A DNA stretch of 64,000 nt from positions 9,511 to 73,510 of the forward strand of contig JACPWF010000006.1 of the NCBI GenBank assembly GCA_016197155.1. The letters are read 5' to 3'. Source of the DNA: Candidatus Omnitrophota bacterium (GTDB lineage: Bacteria > Omnitrophota > Gorgyraeia > 2-02-FULL-51-18). The notes below the pieces were generated by a model. The model made no database searches, had not been told where the DNA came from, and saw nothing but the letters and a program-made list of their open reading frames with translations. Made by a program: the position numbers and the translations under genes. Positions 52,495 through 60,713 of this stretch are shown piece after piece (within the stretch, counting starts at the first letter, position 1; each line of letters opens with the position of its first letter).

Positions 52495-54836
52495 TAAATC
52501 AGAACGCGCGCTTTTGGTTTCCCTTTGGGAGCCGTGCCGCCGCCTGAGCCGTTTTTTCGGTTTTGGAACTCCGCGCGCAAGGCGCGCGCGGCCTCGACCA
52601 TGGCCTTCAGGGAAAGGGTGGTCTCCTCCCACCCGCGGGTTTTCAAACCGCAGTCGGGATTGACCCAAAGATTTCTCGGCGGAAGAACGCGCGCGGCCTT
52701 GGTCAGAAGATTTTTCATTTCCTCCACCGTCGCCACGCGCGGAGAATGGATGTCGTAAACGCCCGGCCCGATCTCATTCGGGTAGCGGAACTTCACGAAC
52801 GCGTCCAGGAGCTCCATCTGCGAGCGCGACGTCTCGATGGAAATGACGTCCGCGTCCATCGCGGCGATCGAGCCGATGATGTCGTTGAACTCGCTGTAGC
52901 ACATGTGCGTGTGGATCTGGGTTTGGTCCGAGACGCCCGAAGAGGCCAGTTTAAAACTCTCCACGGCCCATTTCAGGTACCCGGCCCACTCTTTGCGGCG
53001 AAGGGGCAGGCCCTCGCGGATGGCCGGTTCATCGATCTGGATCACGGCGGTCCCCTGTTTCTCGAGGTCGCGGACCTCGTCGCGGATCGCCAGCGCAATC
53101 TGCCGGGCGGTTTGGCTCCGCGGCTGGTCATCACGCACGAACGACCATTGCAGGATCGTGATCGGACCGGTGAGCATGCCCTTCACCGGTTTTTTTGTGA
53201 GCGACTGCGCGTAAGCGGTCCACTCCACCGTCATGGGCCGCGGCCGCTCGACGTCTCCGTAGATCACGGGCGGCTTCACACAGCGCGTCCCGTAGGATTG
53301 CACCCAGCCGTTTTTCGTGAACGCGAAGCCGTCCAACTGCTCGCCGAAATATTCCACCATGTCGTTGCGCTCAAATTCGCCGTGCACGAGGACGTCCAGG
53401 CCGATGTCCTCCTGGCGCCGGATCGCGTCGGCGGTTTTTTCCCTTAAAAATTCGCAGTAGGCATCGGCGGACAGATCGCCTTTTTTGAAACCGGCGCGCG
53501 CCTGGCGCACATCGGCGGTCTGAGGAAAGGAGCCGATCGTCGTCGTGGGAAAAAATTCGAGACCGAGCCGCTCGCCCTGAATCTCCTGCCGGACCTTAAA
53601 AGGGCTTTGGCGCCTTGAGTCTTTCGGTTTTACCGCGCGAAGCCGCGCGGCCACCGATTTTTTATGAATGCGCGGGCTTTTTTGACGGCCCCGGATCGCG
53701 GATTCATTTTTCTGAAATCCGGCGGCGGCGCTTTTTTCGCCCGACAAGGCCTTTTGGATCATTTTAATCTCCGCCAATTTCTGTTTGGCGAACGAAAGCC
53801 AATTTTTGAGCTCGCCGTCGAGCGAAGTCTCGAGGTCCAAATCCATCGGCGAATGAATGAGAGAACATGAGGAAGCGATCACGCACGCGTCCGCGCCCCT
53901 TTTCCGAACGGCGTTTTTCAGAAAGGAAACGGCCCTTTTCAAATCCGTTTTCCAGATATTCCGGCCGTCGACGACGCCGAGCGAGAGGATTTTATTTTTC
54001 GGGACCGCGCGGAGGGCGGCCGCCAACTGCCCGGGCGCCCGCACGAGATCGATGTGAATGCCGTGCACGGGCAAGGCCGCCGCGAGTTTTAAATGCTCCC
54101 CGAGCGCGCCGAAATAAGTCGTGAGCCACACGCGCGCGCCGGGGGCTTCCTTCGCGAAAAGCGCGTACGTTTTTTTGAGGGCCGCTTTGGCCTTGGCGTC
54201 CAGATCCAAAACAAGCGCCGGTTCGTCGATCTGAATGTCGCCGGCGCCGATCGATTCGAATTTTTTCAAAATGGAAACGTAAACTTTGAGAAGGCCGTCC
54301 AAAAGCTCCCAGCGCGAAAATTTCGCGTCCTTTGACTTCCCCATTAAAAGATACGTCACCGGGCCGATGATCACCGGGCGCGTGGAAACGCCAAGGGCCC
54401 TGGCTTCTTTAAATTCCGCGAAGGGTTTTTCCGACGCGGGCGAAAAACGCATCCCTTTCGAAAATTCGGGAACGAGGTAGTGGTAATTGGTGTCAAACCA
54501 CTTGGTCATCTCCATCGCGGGCACGGATTTCGAGCCGCGCGCCATCGCGAAATAAGTGTCGAGGTCCACAGCCCCGCCCTTCCAGCCATAGCGGGCCGGG
54601 ACGGCGCCGACCAGGGCCGTCAGGTCCAGCATCTGGTCGTAAAAACTGAAATCATTCGAGGGAATAAAATCCATTCCGGCTGATTTTTGAGCGAGCCAAT
54701 TCTTCTTTCGGATTTGGCGGCCGGTTTCCAGAAGCGCCTCCTTCGGGATCTCGCCCTTCCAGTAAGATTCCGTGGCCTTTTTTAATTCGCGATTTTCCCC
54801 GATGCGCGGGTATCCCAAATTTGCTGTTTTTAACAT
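52494..54836 (-). CDS. metE: Cobalamin-independent methionine synthase
   Basis: 780 aa. MLKTANLGYPRIGENRELKKATESYW..., two UROD-like halves, and the HTHMCYSEF zinc site. Confidence 0.95.
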   Translation of the reverse strand: MLKTANLGYPRIGENRELKKATESYWKGEIPKEALLETGRQIRKKNWLAQKSAGMDFIPSNDFSFYDQMLDLTALVGAVPARYGWKGGAVDLDTYFAMARGSKSVPAMEMTKWFDTNYHYLVPEFSKGMRFSPASEKPFAEFKEARALGVSTRPVIIGPVTYLLMGKSKDAKFSRWELLDGLLKVYVSILKKFESIGAGDIQIDEPALVLDLDAKAKAALKKTYALFAKEAPGARVWLTTYFGALGEHLKLAAALPVHGIHIDLVRAPGQLAAALRAVPKNKILSLGVVDGRNIWKTDLKRAVSFLKNAVRKRGADACVIASSCSLIHSPMDLDLETSLDGELKNWLSFAKQKLAEIKMIQKALSGEKSAAAGFQKNESAIRGRQKSPRIHKKSVAARLRAVKPKDSRRQSPFKVRQEIQGERLGLEFFPTTTIGSFPQTADVRQARAGFKKGDLSADAYCEFLREKTADAIRRQEDIGLDVLVHGEFERNDMVEYFGEQLDGFAFTKNGWVQSYGTRCVKPPVIYGDVERPRPMTVEWTAYAQSLTKKPVKGMLTGPITILQWSFVRDDQPRSQTARQIALAIRDEVRDLEKQGTAVIQIDEPAIREGLPLRRKEWAGYLKWAVESFKLASSGVSDQTQIHTHMCYSEFNDIIGSIAAMDADVISIETSRSQMELLDAFVKFRYPNEIGPGVYDIHSPRVATVEEMKNLLTKAARVLPPRNLWVNPDCGLKTRGWEETTLSLKAMVEAARALRAEFQNRKNGSGGGTAPKGKPKARVLI

Positions 54837-54863
54837 GACTCAACCCTTATTTTGTCGTGCGTC

Positions 54864-54893
54864 GTAGGGGCGAGGCGGCGCCTCGCCCCCTAC
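54864..54893. promoter_or_regulatory. Near-perfect 30-nt GC palindrome (14-bp stem with one bulged C) between mrp and metE; likely a terminator or REP-like element
   Basis: GTAGGGGCGAGGCGGCGCCTCGCCCCCTAC lies 28 nt upstream of the metE ATG. An AAGGG Shine-Dalgarno follows. Confidence 0.5.
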
Positions 54894-54918
54894 AATATGG
54901 GTTTGCCTTCTTAAATTG

Positions 54919-56025
54919 TCAAGAAATTTTGGAAAGCTTCCTCAAATATTCGTATCCGTAGAGCCCCGTCGCGTGGCCGTCGCTCCAGCGGATCTGAAGC
55001 GCGTACCGGCCCACGGGCTGGATCGCCGTGGCGCGGATATAGGAAGGAAGGGTTTCGGCGTGGAGCGTGCGGTGACCGGTTTTTTCGTCCACGCAGGCCG
55101 CGCAGGGACAGGCCAGGCGCAGGTCGCGCGACTCAAAGACGCTCTTTTTGCCGTCCGACCACTCCACCCAAACCTGCGGCTCGTTGGGAGAGCTCAGCGC
55201 GACCGGCAATTTTTTGTCCGAGCCCTGAGTGCCGCGGATGCGGATCTGTGCGGCCAGATTTTCCGCGATCGCCATAAAATGTTTCGCCGCGGGGCTGTCG
55301 GGATCGGCGTGAACGACGGGGTCTCCCCCGTCCGCTGACTCACGAATAGAGGTGACGAGCGGAATGCCTCCCAGATAGGGAATCCCGAGCGTCTCCGCCG
55401 CGCGGCGCGCGCCGCCCGAGCCGAAAATTTCATCCTTTTGCCCGCAGTGGCCGCACACGTAATGGCTCATGTTTTCAATGACCCCCAAAACCGGCGCGTT
55501 CAATTTATCGAACATCATGATTGCCTTTTGCGCGACATTCCACGCCACGTCCTGCGGCGTCGAGACCACCACCGCTCCCGTGATCGGGATCGTCTGGCAG
55601 AGGCTCAGCTGAATATCCCCCGTCCCCGGCGGCAAATCGACGAACAGGGTGTCCAGCTCCCCACATTCCACGGTCCCCAGAAAATCCTGGACCATCTTGT
55701 GAAGCATCGGCCCGCGCCAGATCACCGCCTCGTTCGCGGGCACGAAAAATCCCATGGAGATGATTTTGAGGCCGTATTTTTCGACGGGGGCGATGCGGCC
55801 GGTCTCGAGGGAAACGGGCTTGTCCGTCACTCCCAGAATCGTCGGAATGCTCGGACCGTAGACGTCGGCGTCCATGATCCCCACCTTCCGGCCGGTCGCG
55901 GCCAGCGCCAGCGCGAGATTGGCGCTCACGGTGGATTTTCCCACGCCGCCTTTGCCGCTGGCGACGGGGATCACGTTTTGGACTTTGGGGATCAGTTTTT
56001 CTTTTGCGTTGCCGAGGATGGCCAT
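54919..56025 (-). CDS. Mrp/ApbC/NBP35 Fe-S cluster carrier ATPase fused to a C-terminal DUF971 domain
   Basis: GKGGVGKST Walker A, the CGHCGQ motif, and a C-terminal about 90 aa with a DUF971-like pattern (WVEWSDGKKSVF...LRLACPCAAC). Confidence 0.88.
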   Translation of the reverse strand: MAILGNAKEKLIPKVQNVIPVASGKGGVGKSTVSANLALALAATGRKVGIMDADVYGPSIPTILGVTDKPVSLETGRIAPVEKYGLKIISMGFFVPANEAVIWRGPMLHKMVQDFLGTVECGELDTLFVDLPPGTGDIQLSLCQTIPITGAVVVSTPQDVAWNVAQKAIMMFDKLNAPVLGVIENMSHYVCGHCGQKDEIFGSGGARRAAETLGIPYLGGIPLVTSIRESADGGDPVVHADPDSPAAKHFMAIAENLAAQIRIRGTQGSDKKLPVALSSPNEPQVWVEWSDGKKSVFESRDLRLACPCAACVDEKTGHRTLHAETLPSYIRATAIQPVGRYALQIRWSDGHATGLYGYEYLRKLSKIS

Positions 56026-56056
56026 TTTCGTCTGGGGGTTATTTTACACTTTCCAC

Positions 56057-56085
56057 TTGAAATTAAAAAGGTTTTCGTCTATACT
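56057..56085 (+). promoter_or_regulatory. Sigma70-type promoter: TTGAAA, 17-nt spacer, TATACT
   Basis: TTGAAA at 56057-56062 and TATACT at 56080-56085. The same architecture as the promoter at 7605. Confidence 0.6.
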
Positions 56086-56091
56086 GCTCTT

Positions 56092-56223
56092 ATGTTCAGA
56101 TCCATTCGACTTCACAACGCACTGTCCACGATCGCTACGGCCGTAGCGGCATGGCGCTTTATGCCTTGTCATTACTGCTCCAAGCGCACGGGTGTGGGTT
56201 GGGAGGAGAAGGGGGTTCTTTAG
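56092..56223 (+). CDS. Candidate leaderless small ORF (44 aa; hydrophobic helix plus a CHYC motif)
   Basis: The ATG lies 7 nt after the -10 box. The product is MFRSIRLHNALSTIATAVAAWRFMPCHYCSKRTGVGWEEKGVL. There is no Shine-Dalgarno sequence. Alternatively this region is a non-coding leader or sRNA. Confidence 0.3.
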   Translation: MFRSIRLHNALSTIATAVAAWRFMPCHYCSKRTGVGWEEKGVL

Positions 56224-56268
56224 TTCGCATTGAGTTGAGTCAATAAATAAAACCTAAAATCCGATCAA

Positions 56269-56303
56269 CCCATTACCGAAAGGTGATGGGTTTCTTGTTT
56301 TTA
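56269..56303 (+). terminator. Intrinsic-terminator-like hairpin (9-bp stem, GAAA loop) followed by a U-rich tract, upstream of the ATG at 56325
   Basis: CCCATTACC-GAAA-GGTGATGGG followed by TTTCTTGTTTTT. Confidence 0.55.
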
Positions 56304-56324
56304 GGGCAACCGAAGGAGGAAAAA

Positions 56325-56537
56325 ATGTTAAAAGTCATTGAAAATCCGGGGCGCAAAAAAAGAGGGCAGACGGTGAAGCACCCCGTAAAGCTCACGGCCC
56401 TCTTCTACCTCAAAGAGGCTTTGCTCAGAGAACGGTACGAGACTTGCCAGGAGATCATCGCGACGGCCAAGGAGTTCGGGGCGGCGGAATTCGAAATCGC
56501 CGACCTCCTCGAAGACCCGAGGCGAAGCCCGACCTAA
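56325..56537 (+). CDS. Hypothetical small protein (70 aa)
   Basis: A strong AAGGAGG Shine-Dalgarno lies 6 nt upstream of the ATG. The ORF-track version (from 56283) starts inside the terminator hairpin, so it is trimmed. Confidence 0.55.
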   Translation: MLKVIENPGRKKRGQTVKHPVKLTALFYLKEALLRERYETCQEIIATAKEFGAAEFEIADLLEDPRRSPT

Positions 56538-56550
56538 AAGCGGGGTGGTT

Positions 56551-56572
56551 GGGGTCAGAGGCCTCTGACCCC
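56551..56572. terminator. Perfect 22-bp palindrome GGGGTCAGAGGCCTCTGACCCC between convergent genes (REP-like; probable bidirectional terminator)
   Basis: Seen directly in the sequence, between the stop at 56537 (+) and the nadA stop at 56583 (-). Confidence 0.6.
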
Positions 56573-56582
56573 TACGACCCCA

Positions 56583-57563
56583 TCAGTAGCTGGCGATCAC
56601 CGCGTTGGGGTGATCCTTGGAGACATCCATCATGCGCCGGAGCGTTTTTTCCGCGCGCTGACGGATGCCTTCGGGGATCTCGATCCGGTGTTCCAGGACC
56701 TCCAGCGCGTGGGCCACCCAGCCGAGGGTCGTCATCTTCATCGTTTGGCAGACGAATTGCTCCGTCGGGACGATGAAGCGTTTTGTGGGATGGTCTTTTT
56801 TTAATTTAAAAATCATCCCCATTTCCGTGCCGATGATGAAGGTGTCGGCCCTGCTTTTGGCGATGTAGGGCGAGAAGCCGCTCGTCGAGCACACGTGATC
56901 GGCCAGGTCAATCACATCCGGCGGGCATTCGGGGTGCGCGATAAAAGGCGCGCCCGGATATTTCGCCTTCGTCCTCAAAACATCCTCAGCCGTCACGCGG
57001 ATGTGCGTTGTGCAGAATCCCGACCAGAGAATGATTTCCTTTTCGGGGCAGAAACGCCGGACATAATGGCCGAGGTTTTTGTCGGGGACGAATAAAATTT
57101 GTCTGTGCGGGAGAGATTTGACAATTTGGACCGCGTTGGAGGATGTGCAGGCAATGTCGCTCTCGGCCTTCACCTCGGCGGAGCTGTTGACGTAGCAAAC
57201 CACGGCCGCGTCGGGAAATTCCTTCTTTTTTTCGCGCAGGCGATCGGCGGTGGCCATGAGCGCCATCGGGCAGTCGGCCTCGCGCACGGGCAGGATCACG
57301 GTTTTTTCGGGATTTAAAATTTTAGCGCTCTCGGCCATGAAATCCACGCCGCAGAAAACGATGACGGCCGCGCCCGTGCCGATTGCGGCCTTGGAGAGCG
57401 CCAGGGAATCCCCGAGGATGTCCGCGACTTCCTGCACCTCAAAATTCTGGTAGTTGTGCGCGACAAGGTAGGCGTTTCGTTCCTTTTTCAAACGAAACAC
57501 TTTCTCGCGGAGCTTTTCCTTCAGCGCTTTCGGATTGGCTTTTTCTAAAACGTCGAGTTCCAA
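56583..57563 (-). CDS. nadA: Quinolinate synthase A
   Basis: 326 aa with a NadA pattern (the three conserved 4Fe-4S Cys ligands and HPECP). It starts with TTG at 57563-57561, at the edge of a 71-bp duplication. Confidence 0.9.
   Translation of the reverse strand: MELDVLEKANPKALKEKLREKVFRLKKERNAYLVAHNYQNFEVQEVADILGDSLALSKAAIGTGAAVIVFCGVDFMAESAKILNPEKTVILPVREADCPMALMATADRLREKKKEFPDAAVVCYVNSSAEVKAESDIACTSSNAVQIVKSLPHRQILFVPDKNLGHYVRRFCPEKEIILWSGFCTTHIRVTAEDVLRTKAKYPGAPFIAHPECPPDVIDLADHVCSTSGFSPYIAKSRADTFIIGTEMGMIFKLKKDHPTKRFIVPTEQFVCQTMKMTTLGWVAHALEVLEHRIEIPEGIRQRAEKTLRRMMDVSKDHPNAVIASY
57491..57561. repeat. Direct repeat copy 1 (71 bp; 5' end of nadA)
   Basis: 69/71 identical to 59576-59646. 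Confidence 0.85.
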
Positions 57564-57726
57564 CGTCTATATCCTCTCTGCTTAGGCCGTCATCCCCGAA
57601 ACCCCTTATCGGGGATCAAGCGGTTGATCCCCCCGCATTCGTGGGAATGACAACTTATAAGTTCGCTTCATCTTCCTTGTTTGTGAAAATGAACAAATCA
57701 CGTGGGTTTGAGCAATGCTCTTAAAA

Positions 57727-58854
57727 TCAGTCGGGATTGACTTTTCTTCTTCCCTGTATTGAATAAATTATTCTGGCATCTTTTATACCACTTGCGGTGA
57801 GACTCTTAATAAAAACACTGGCTAAAGGCAAGGCATCTTTGGCGGGAATCTCTCCTGGCCAACCTGGAACGGGGTATTTGGGACCAGCTAAAATATTAAA
57901 TTGCAATCTCGTTTGGTATCCATGCAAATCCGTAAAAGAAACATACAGCTCGCCAGTTTCCTTTGGTCGGTTTTCAAACATATAACTTATCATTTCATCC
58001 CAAGACATACTTCCGGAATGAATCTTAGTCCCTTTAACACAAAGAGAACCCGTTGCGACCCATTTACCGAAAGATTTCCCTTTTAATTCAGCGATCTTTT
58101 TACAAGTATTTTCGTCAAACACTTTGGTTATGGTTTGCATGGAAATTATATTACCTTCTCCATCTTTAGAATCTAGAAGCTGGTGCTCATCGATCGCATA
58201 ATAATTTTCAGAAAAGGAGGGCATAAAAAGTTTCTTACGCAAGAATGCCTCCAAAGATATAGACAAAGCAGGTATTATTGATTCAATTTCAGACCGCCAA
58301 CCCTCAATGTAGAGTTGCAATTCGTAATCGGGTCCACTGCTAGGTGTAAATACATAAAAATACTTTAGCGACCGCTGAGTTATTAGATTATCAACACAAT
58401 CTATTGTTGAGGTTTGAATTATAATCGGTCCGTTTTCTTTTAAATCAAACGAAATAGACCCCGTAACATTTCCGGGACAGAATGTTCCAGATTCAACATT
58501 TTTTTGAGTCAGTCGTTCGGCTTGCTTTAGGGCTTGAATGTGTTGCTCTTTGGAATACTTATTATCCAGTTTTAGTTTCCCAAGAAGAATCATCGGTTTT
58601 CCCGGAAGGACCGGATTGACCCAGCCTCCTTCAAGCTCAAATGCTGGCATGATTTTGTTCTTCGTAGCAACAAATAAGGGCGAATTCAATTGGGCATTCG
58701 TGAGACGCTGAAACCCTGAGGGAGGGCTTAGCAAATCGGCATCAGATATAGCATTATTCTGGGCATGAGAAACGAAGGGGTAGTTTAAAGAACCAAAAAT
58801 AAATAGCGTACCCAGACTTCCGTTGGCTATTACCTTTTTAATTTTAGGATTCAT
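57727..58854 (-). CDS. Hypothetical secreted protein, encoded in the low-GC island
   Basis: 375 aa with an N-terminal signal peptide. The local GC (~40%) is well below the ~60% background. Confidence 0.6.
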   Translation of the reverse strand: MNPKIKKVIANGSLGTLFIFGSLNYPFVSHAQNNAISDADLLSPPSGFQRLTNAQLNSPLFVATKNKIMPAFELEGGWVNPVLPGKPMILLGKLKLDNKYSKEQHIQALKQAERLTQKNVESGTFCPGNVTGSISFDLKENGPIIIQTSTIDCVDNLITQRSLKYFYVFTPSSGPDYELQLYIEGWRSEIESIIPALSISLEAFLRKKLFMPSFSENYYAIDEHQLLDSKDGEGNIISMQTITKVFDENTCKKIAELKGKSFGKWVATGSLCVKGTKIHSGSMSWDEMISYMFENRPKETGELYVSFTDLHGYQTRLQFNILAGPKYPVPGWPGEIPAKDALPLASVFIKSLTASGIKDARIIYSIQGRRKVNPD

Positions 58855-59393
58855 GTTGGCGCTTGAAAATTGGACTCACATTCGTTGGTGATTTTGGAGA
58901 GCTTCGCAATATGCTTTTCACAAAGGGTCATTACGTCTTCGTCTAGAATGTCATCAAAACAGCACCGGATTTTACCCGTAGGTTTTGCAGTTGTTATTAA
59001 TGGTCTACTGCGAACAACATTTACCGTTGCTCCGCCTGTTCCCATAAGATGATATAAAACCACCAGATCCTTGGTTCCTTCACCGGTTGTTTCTTCAATT
59101 AGGCTTACGTGAGGATGACTTTGCACAGGACGCTCGTGTATGGTAATATCCCTTTGCCTATCCAAGTATTTCATAAACTTGTCTTGACGCATTTCTCCGA
59201 CTTTTTTTTCATACCATTTCTCAAATCCGGGAACACTGAAAAATTCCTTTTTCATCATAAATGTTATACTACGAGAGGCTGATAAAAATGCACTGATGTT
59301 GTACCTAAAAGCATCGGTATGAAAAGGGCTCTCCTTTGCACGATCCAAAAAGTATTTTGCTTCATTAAGCTTATCCGCTGTAGCAGTCACCAA
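58851..59393 (-). CDS. Hypothetical protein, encoded in the low-GC island
   Basis: 180 aa. Low GC. It overlaps the downstream gene by 4 bp. Confidence 0.55.
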   Translation of the reverse strand: MVTATADKLNEAKYFLDRAKESPFHTDAFRYNISAFLSASRSITFMMKKEFFSVPGFEKWYEKKVGEMRQDKFMKYLDRQRDITIHERPVQSHPHVSLIEETTGEGTKDLVVLYHLMGTGGATVNVVRSRPLITTAKPTGKIRCCFDDILDEDVMTLCEKHIAKLSKITNECESNFQAPT

Positions 59394-59547
59394 ATCTAAT
59401 CCTTTAAAATCTTATCATAACAGCTGTCACAAATCGGCTGTGTCTGAGCTTCCCCCGGCCCTCCAAAGGTTACGGGTCTCTCACAAGTACTTGGCTCTTC
59501 TTTCCCACATACCGAGCATTCCACAAACTACTCCTTGTAATAAAATT

Positions 59548-59648
59548 TAGTGCCCTGCTCCTAAACTGGAAGCGAGACGAAACACTTTCTCGCGGAGCTT
59601 TTCCTTCAGTGCTTTCGGGTTGGCTTTTTCTAAAACGTCGAGTTCCAT
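59548..59648 (-). pseudogene. Truncated duplicate of the nadA 5' end (33 codons; MELDVLEKANPKALKEKLREKVF then divergent)
   Basis: Its ATG at 59648-59646 lies 1 nt after the nfu stop codon. Its first 23 codons are identical to the nadA N-terminus. Confidence 0.5.
59576..59646. repeat. Direct repeat copy 2 (71 bp; ancestral nfu-nadA junction)
   Basis: Matches 57491-57561 with 2 mismatches. It ends in the ATG, where copy 1 has TTG. Confidence 0.85.
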
Positions 59649-59649
59649 T

Positions 59650-60225
59650 TTACTGGACCTGCACGACCTCTTTCACTTCGGGGATGAGTGACTTCAGGCG
59701 ATTTTCCACGCCCATCTTGAGCGTCAGGATGGAGCTGGGGCAGGAACTGCACGAACCCTGGAGGTGCAGGGTCACGACGCCGTTTTCATAACCGTAAAAC
59801 GTGATGTCTCCCCCGTCCATCGCGACGGCGGGACGGATCTCATTGTCCAAAATTTCGCGGATCCGCCGCTCGATGTCGCCGTTTGCGCCCGAGCCGGCGC
59901 CGGGCGCTCCCGAAGGCCCCGGCCCCTGGGAAAAAAGCGGTCCGTCCGATTCGAGAACCGTCCGGATCGTCCGCGTGATGTTTTCGACGATCGACTGCCA
60001 GCTGGCCGATGGATTTTTTGTGACGGTGATGAAATTGTGGCCGGCCATCACGCCCAAAACCGACTCGCTCTCAAAAAGCGCTTCGGCAAGCCTCGATCCC
60101 TTGGCCGATGCCTTGTCCGGAAAATTCAAAGAGCCGGCCGGGACAAGCACGCGGTTCACGTTAAATTTGAGCGTGTTCGGGTTCGGCGTCATCTCCGCCG
60201 CTATTTCCAAAATGCCTGGATTCAT
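59650..60225 (-). CDS. Nfu/NifU-like Fe-S cluster delivery protein (Nfu_N plus NifU C-domain)
   Basis: N-terminal Nfu_N-like region (TPNPNTLKFNV) and a C-terminal CxxC (LQGSCSSCPSS). Confidence 0.82.
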   Translation of the reverse strand: MNPGILEIAAEMTPNPNTLKFNVNRVLVPAGSLNFPDKASAKGSRLAEALFESESVLGVMAGHNFITVTKNPSASWQSIVENITRTIRTVLESDGPLFSQGPGPSGAPGAGSGANGDIERRIREILDNEIRPAVAMDGGDITFYGYENGVVTLHLQGSCSSCPSSILTLKMGVENRLKSLIPEVKEVVQVQ

Positions 60226-60713
60226 TTTCCTTCTCCTTCGGTTGACACTTGGCCTTTTTTCCTGCCCGCGTCCGCCAGCGCGTCCTCAAGCGCGTGCCAA
60301 ATGAGCGTCGCGCATTTCACTCGGACGGGAAATTGCCTGACCCCTTCGAAAATTTTGAGCCGCCCCACGGCCGCGCGCGTGTCCTCGCTCACCGGATCGC
60401 GCGTCAAAAAACGGAGGAACTGGTTTTTCAGCGCCTCGGCGTCCTTCACGGGCTTTCCCTCTATGAACGAAGTCATCATGGAAGCGCTGGATTTGGAGAT
60501 GGCGCAGCCGGAGCCTTCGAATCCCACCGATTCTATTTTACCACTTCCGTCGACTTTGAGATAAAGGTGATAATCGTCCCCGCAGAGGGGATTTCGCCCG
60601 TGCGAATAGTGCGTGGCGCCCTCCGGCTTCCTGAAATTCCTCGGCCGGCGGTTGTGGTCGAGGATCACTTCCTGGTAGAGGTCGTTCAATTTCACTTCGC
60701 CCATGCCGGTCAT
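60222..60713 (-). CDS. SufU/IscU-type Fe-S assembly scaffold
   Basis: The three conserved Cys are in NPLCGD, GSGCAIS and VKCATL contexts. Confidence 0.85.
   Translation of the reverse strand: MTGMGEVKLNDLYQEVILDHNRRPRNFRKPEGATHYSHGRNPLCGDDYHLYLKVDGSGKIESVGFEGSGCAISKSSASMMTSFIEGKPVKDAEALKNQFLRFLTRDPVSEDTRAAVGRLKIFEGVRQFPVRVKCATLIWHALEDALADAGRKKGQVSTEGEGK

Noticed and set aside
56283-56537. 84-aa version of the small plus-strand gene starting at ATG 56286
   Set aside because: That ATG lies inside the terminator-like hairpin and has no Shine-Dalgarno sequence. The ATG at 56325 has a near-perfect AAGGAGG Shine-Dalgarno at optimal spacing.
57564-57726. Cluster of short hairpins (ATCCCCGA...TCGGGGAT, GATCAA...TTGATC) upstream of nadA, as a possible ncRNA or tRNA
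   Set aside because: No tRNA-like cloverleaf could be built. More likely they are terminator/promoter structures at the island boundary. It is left as unannotated structure.
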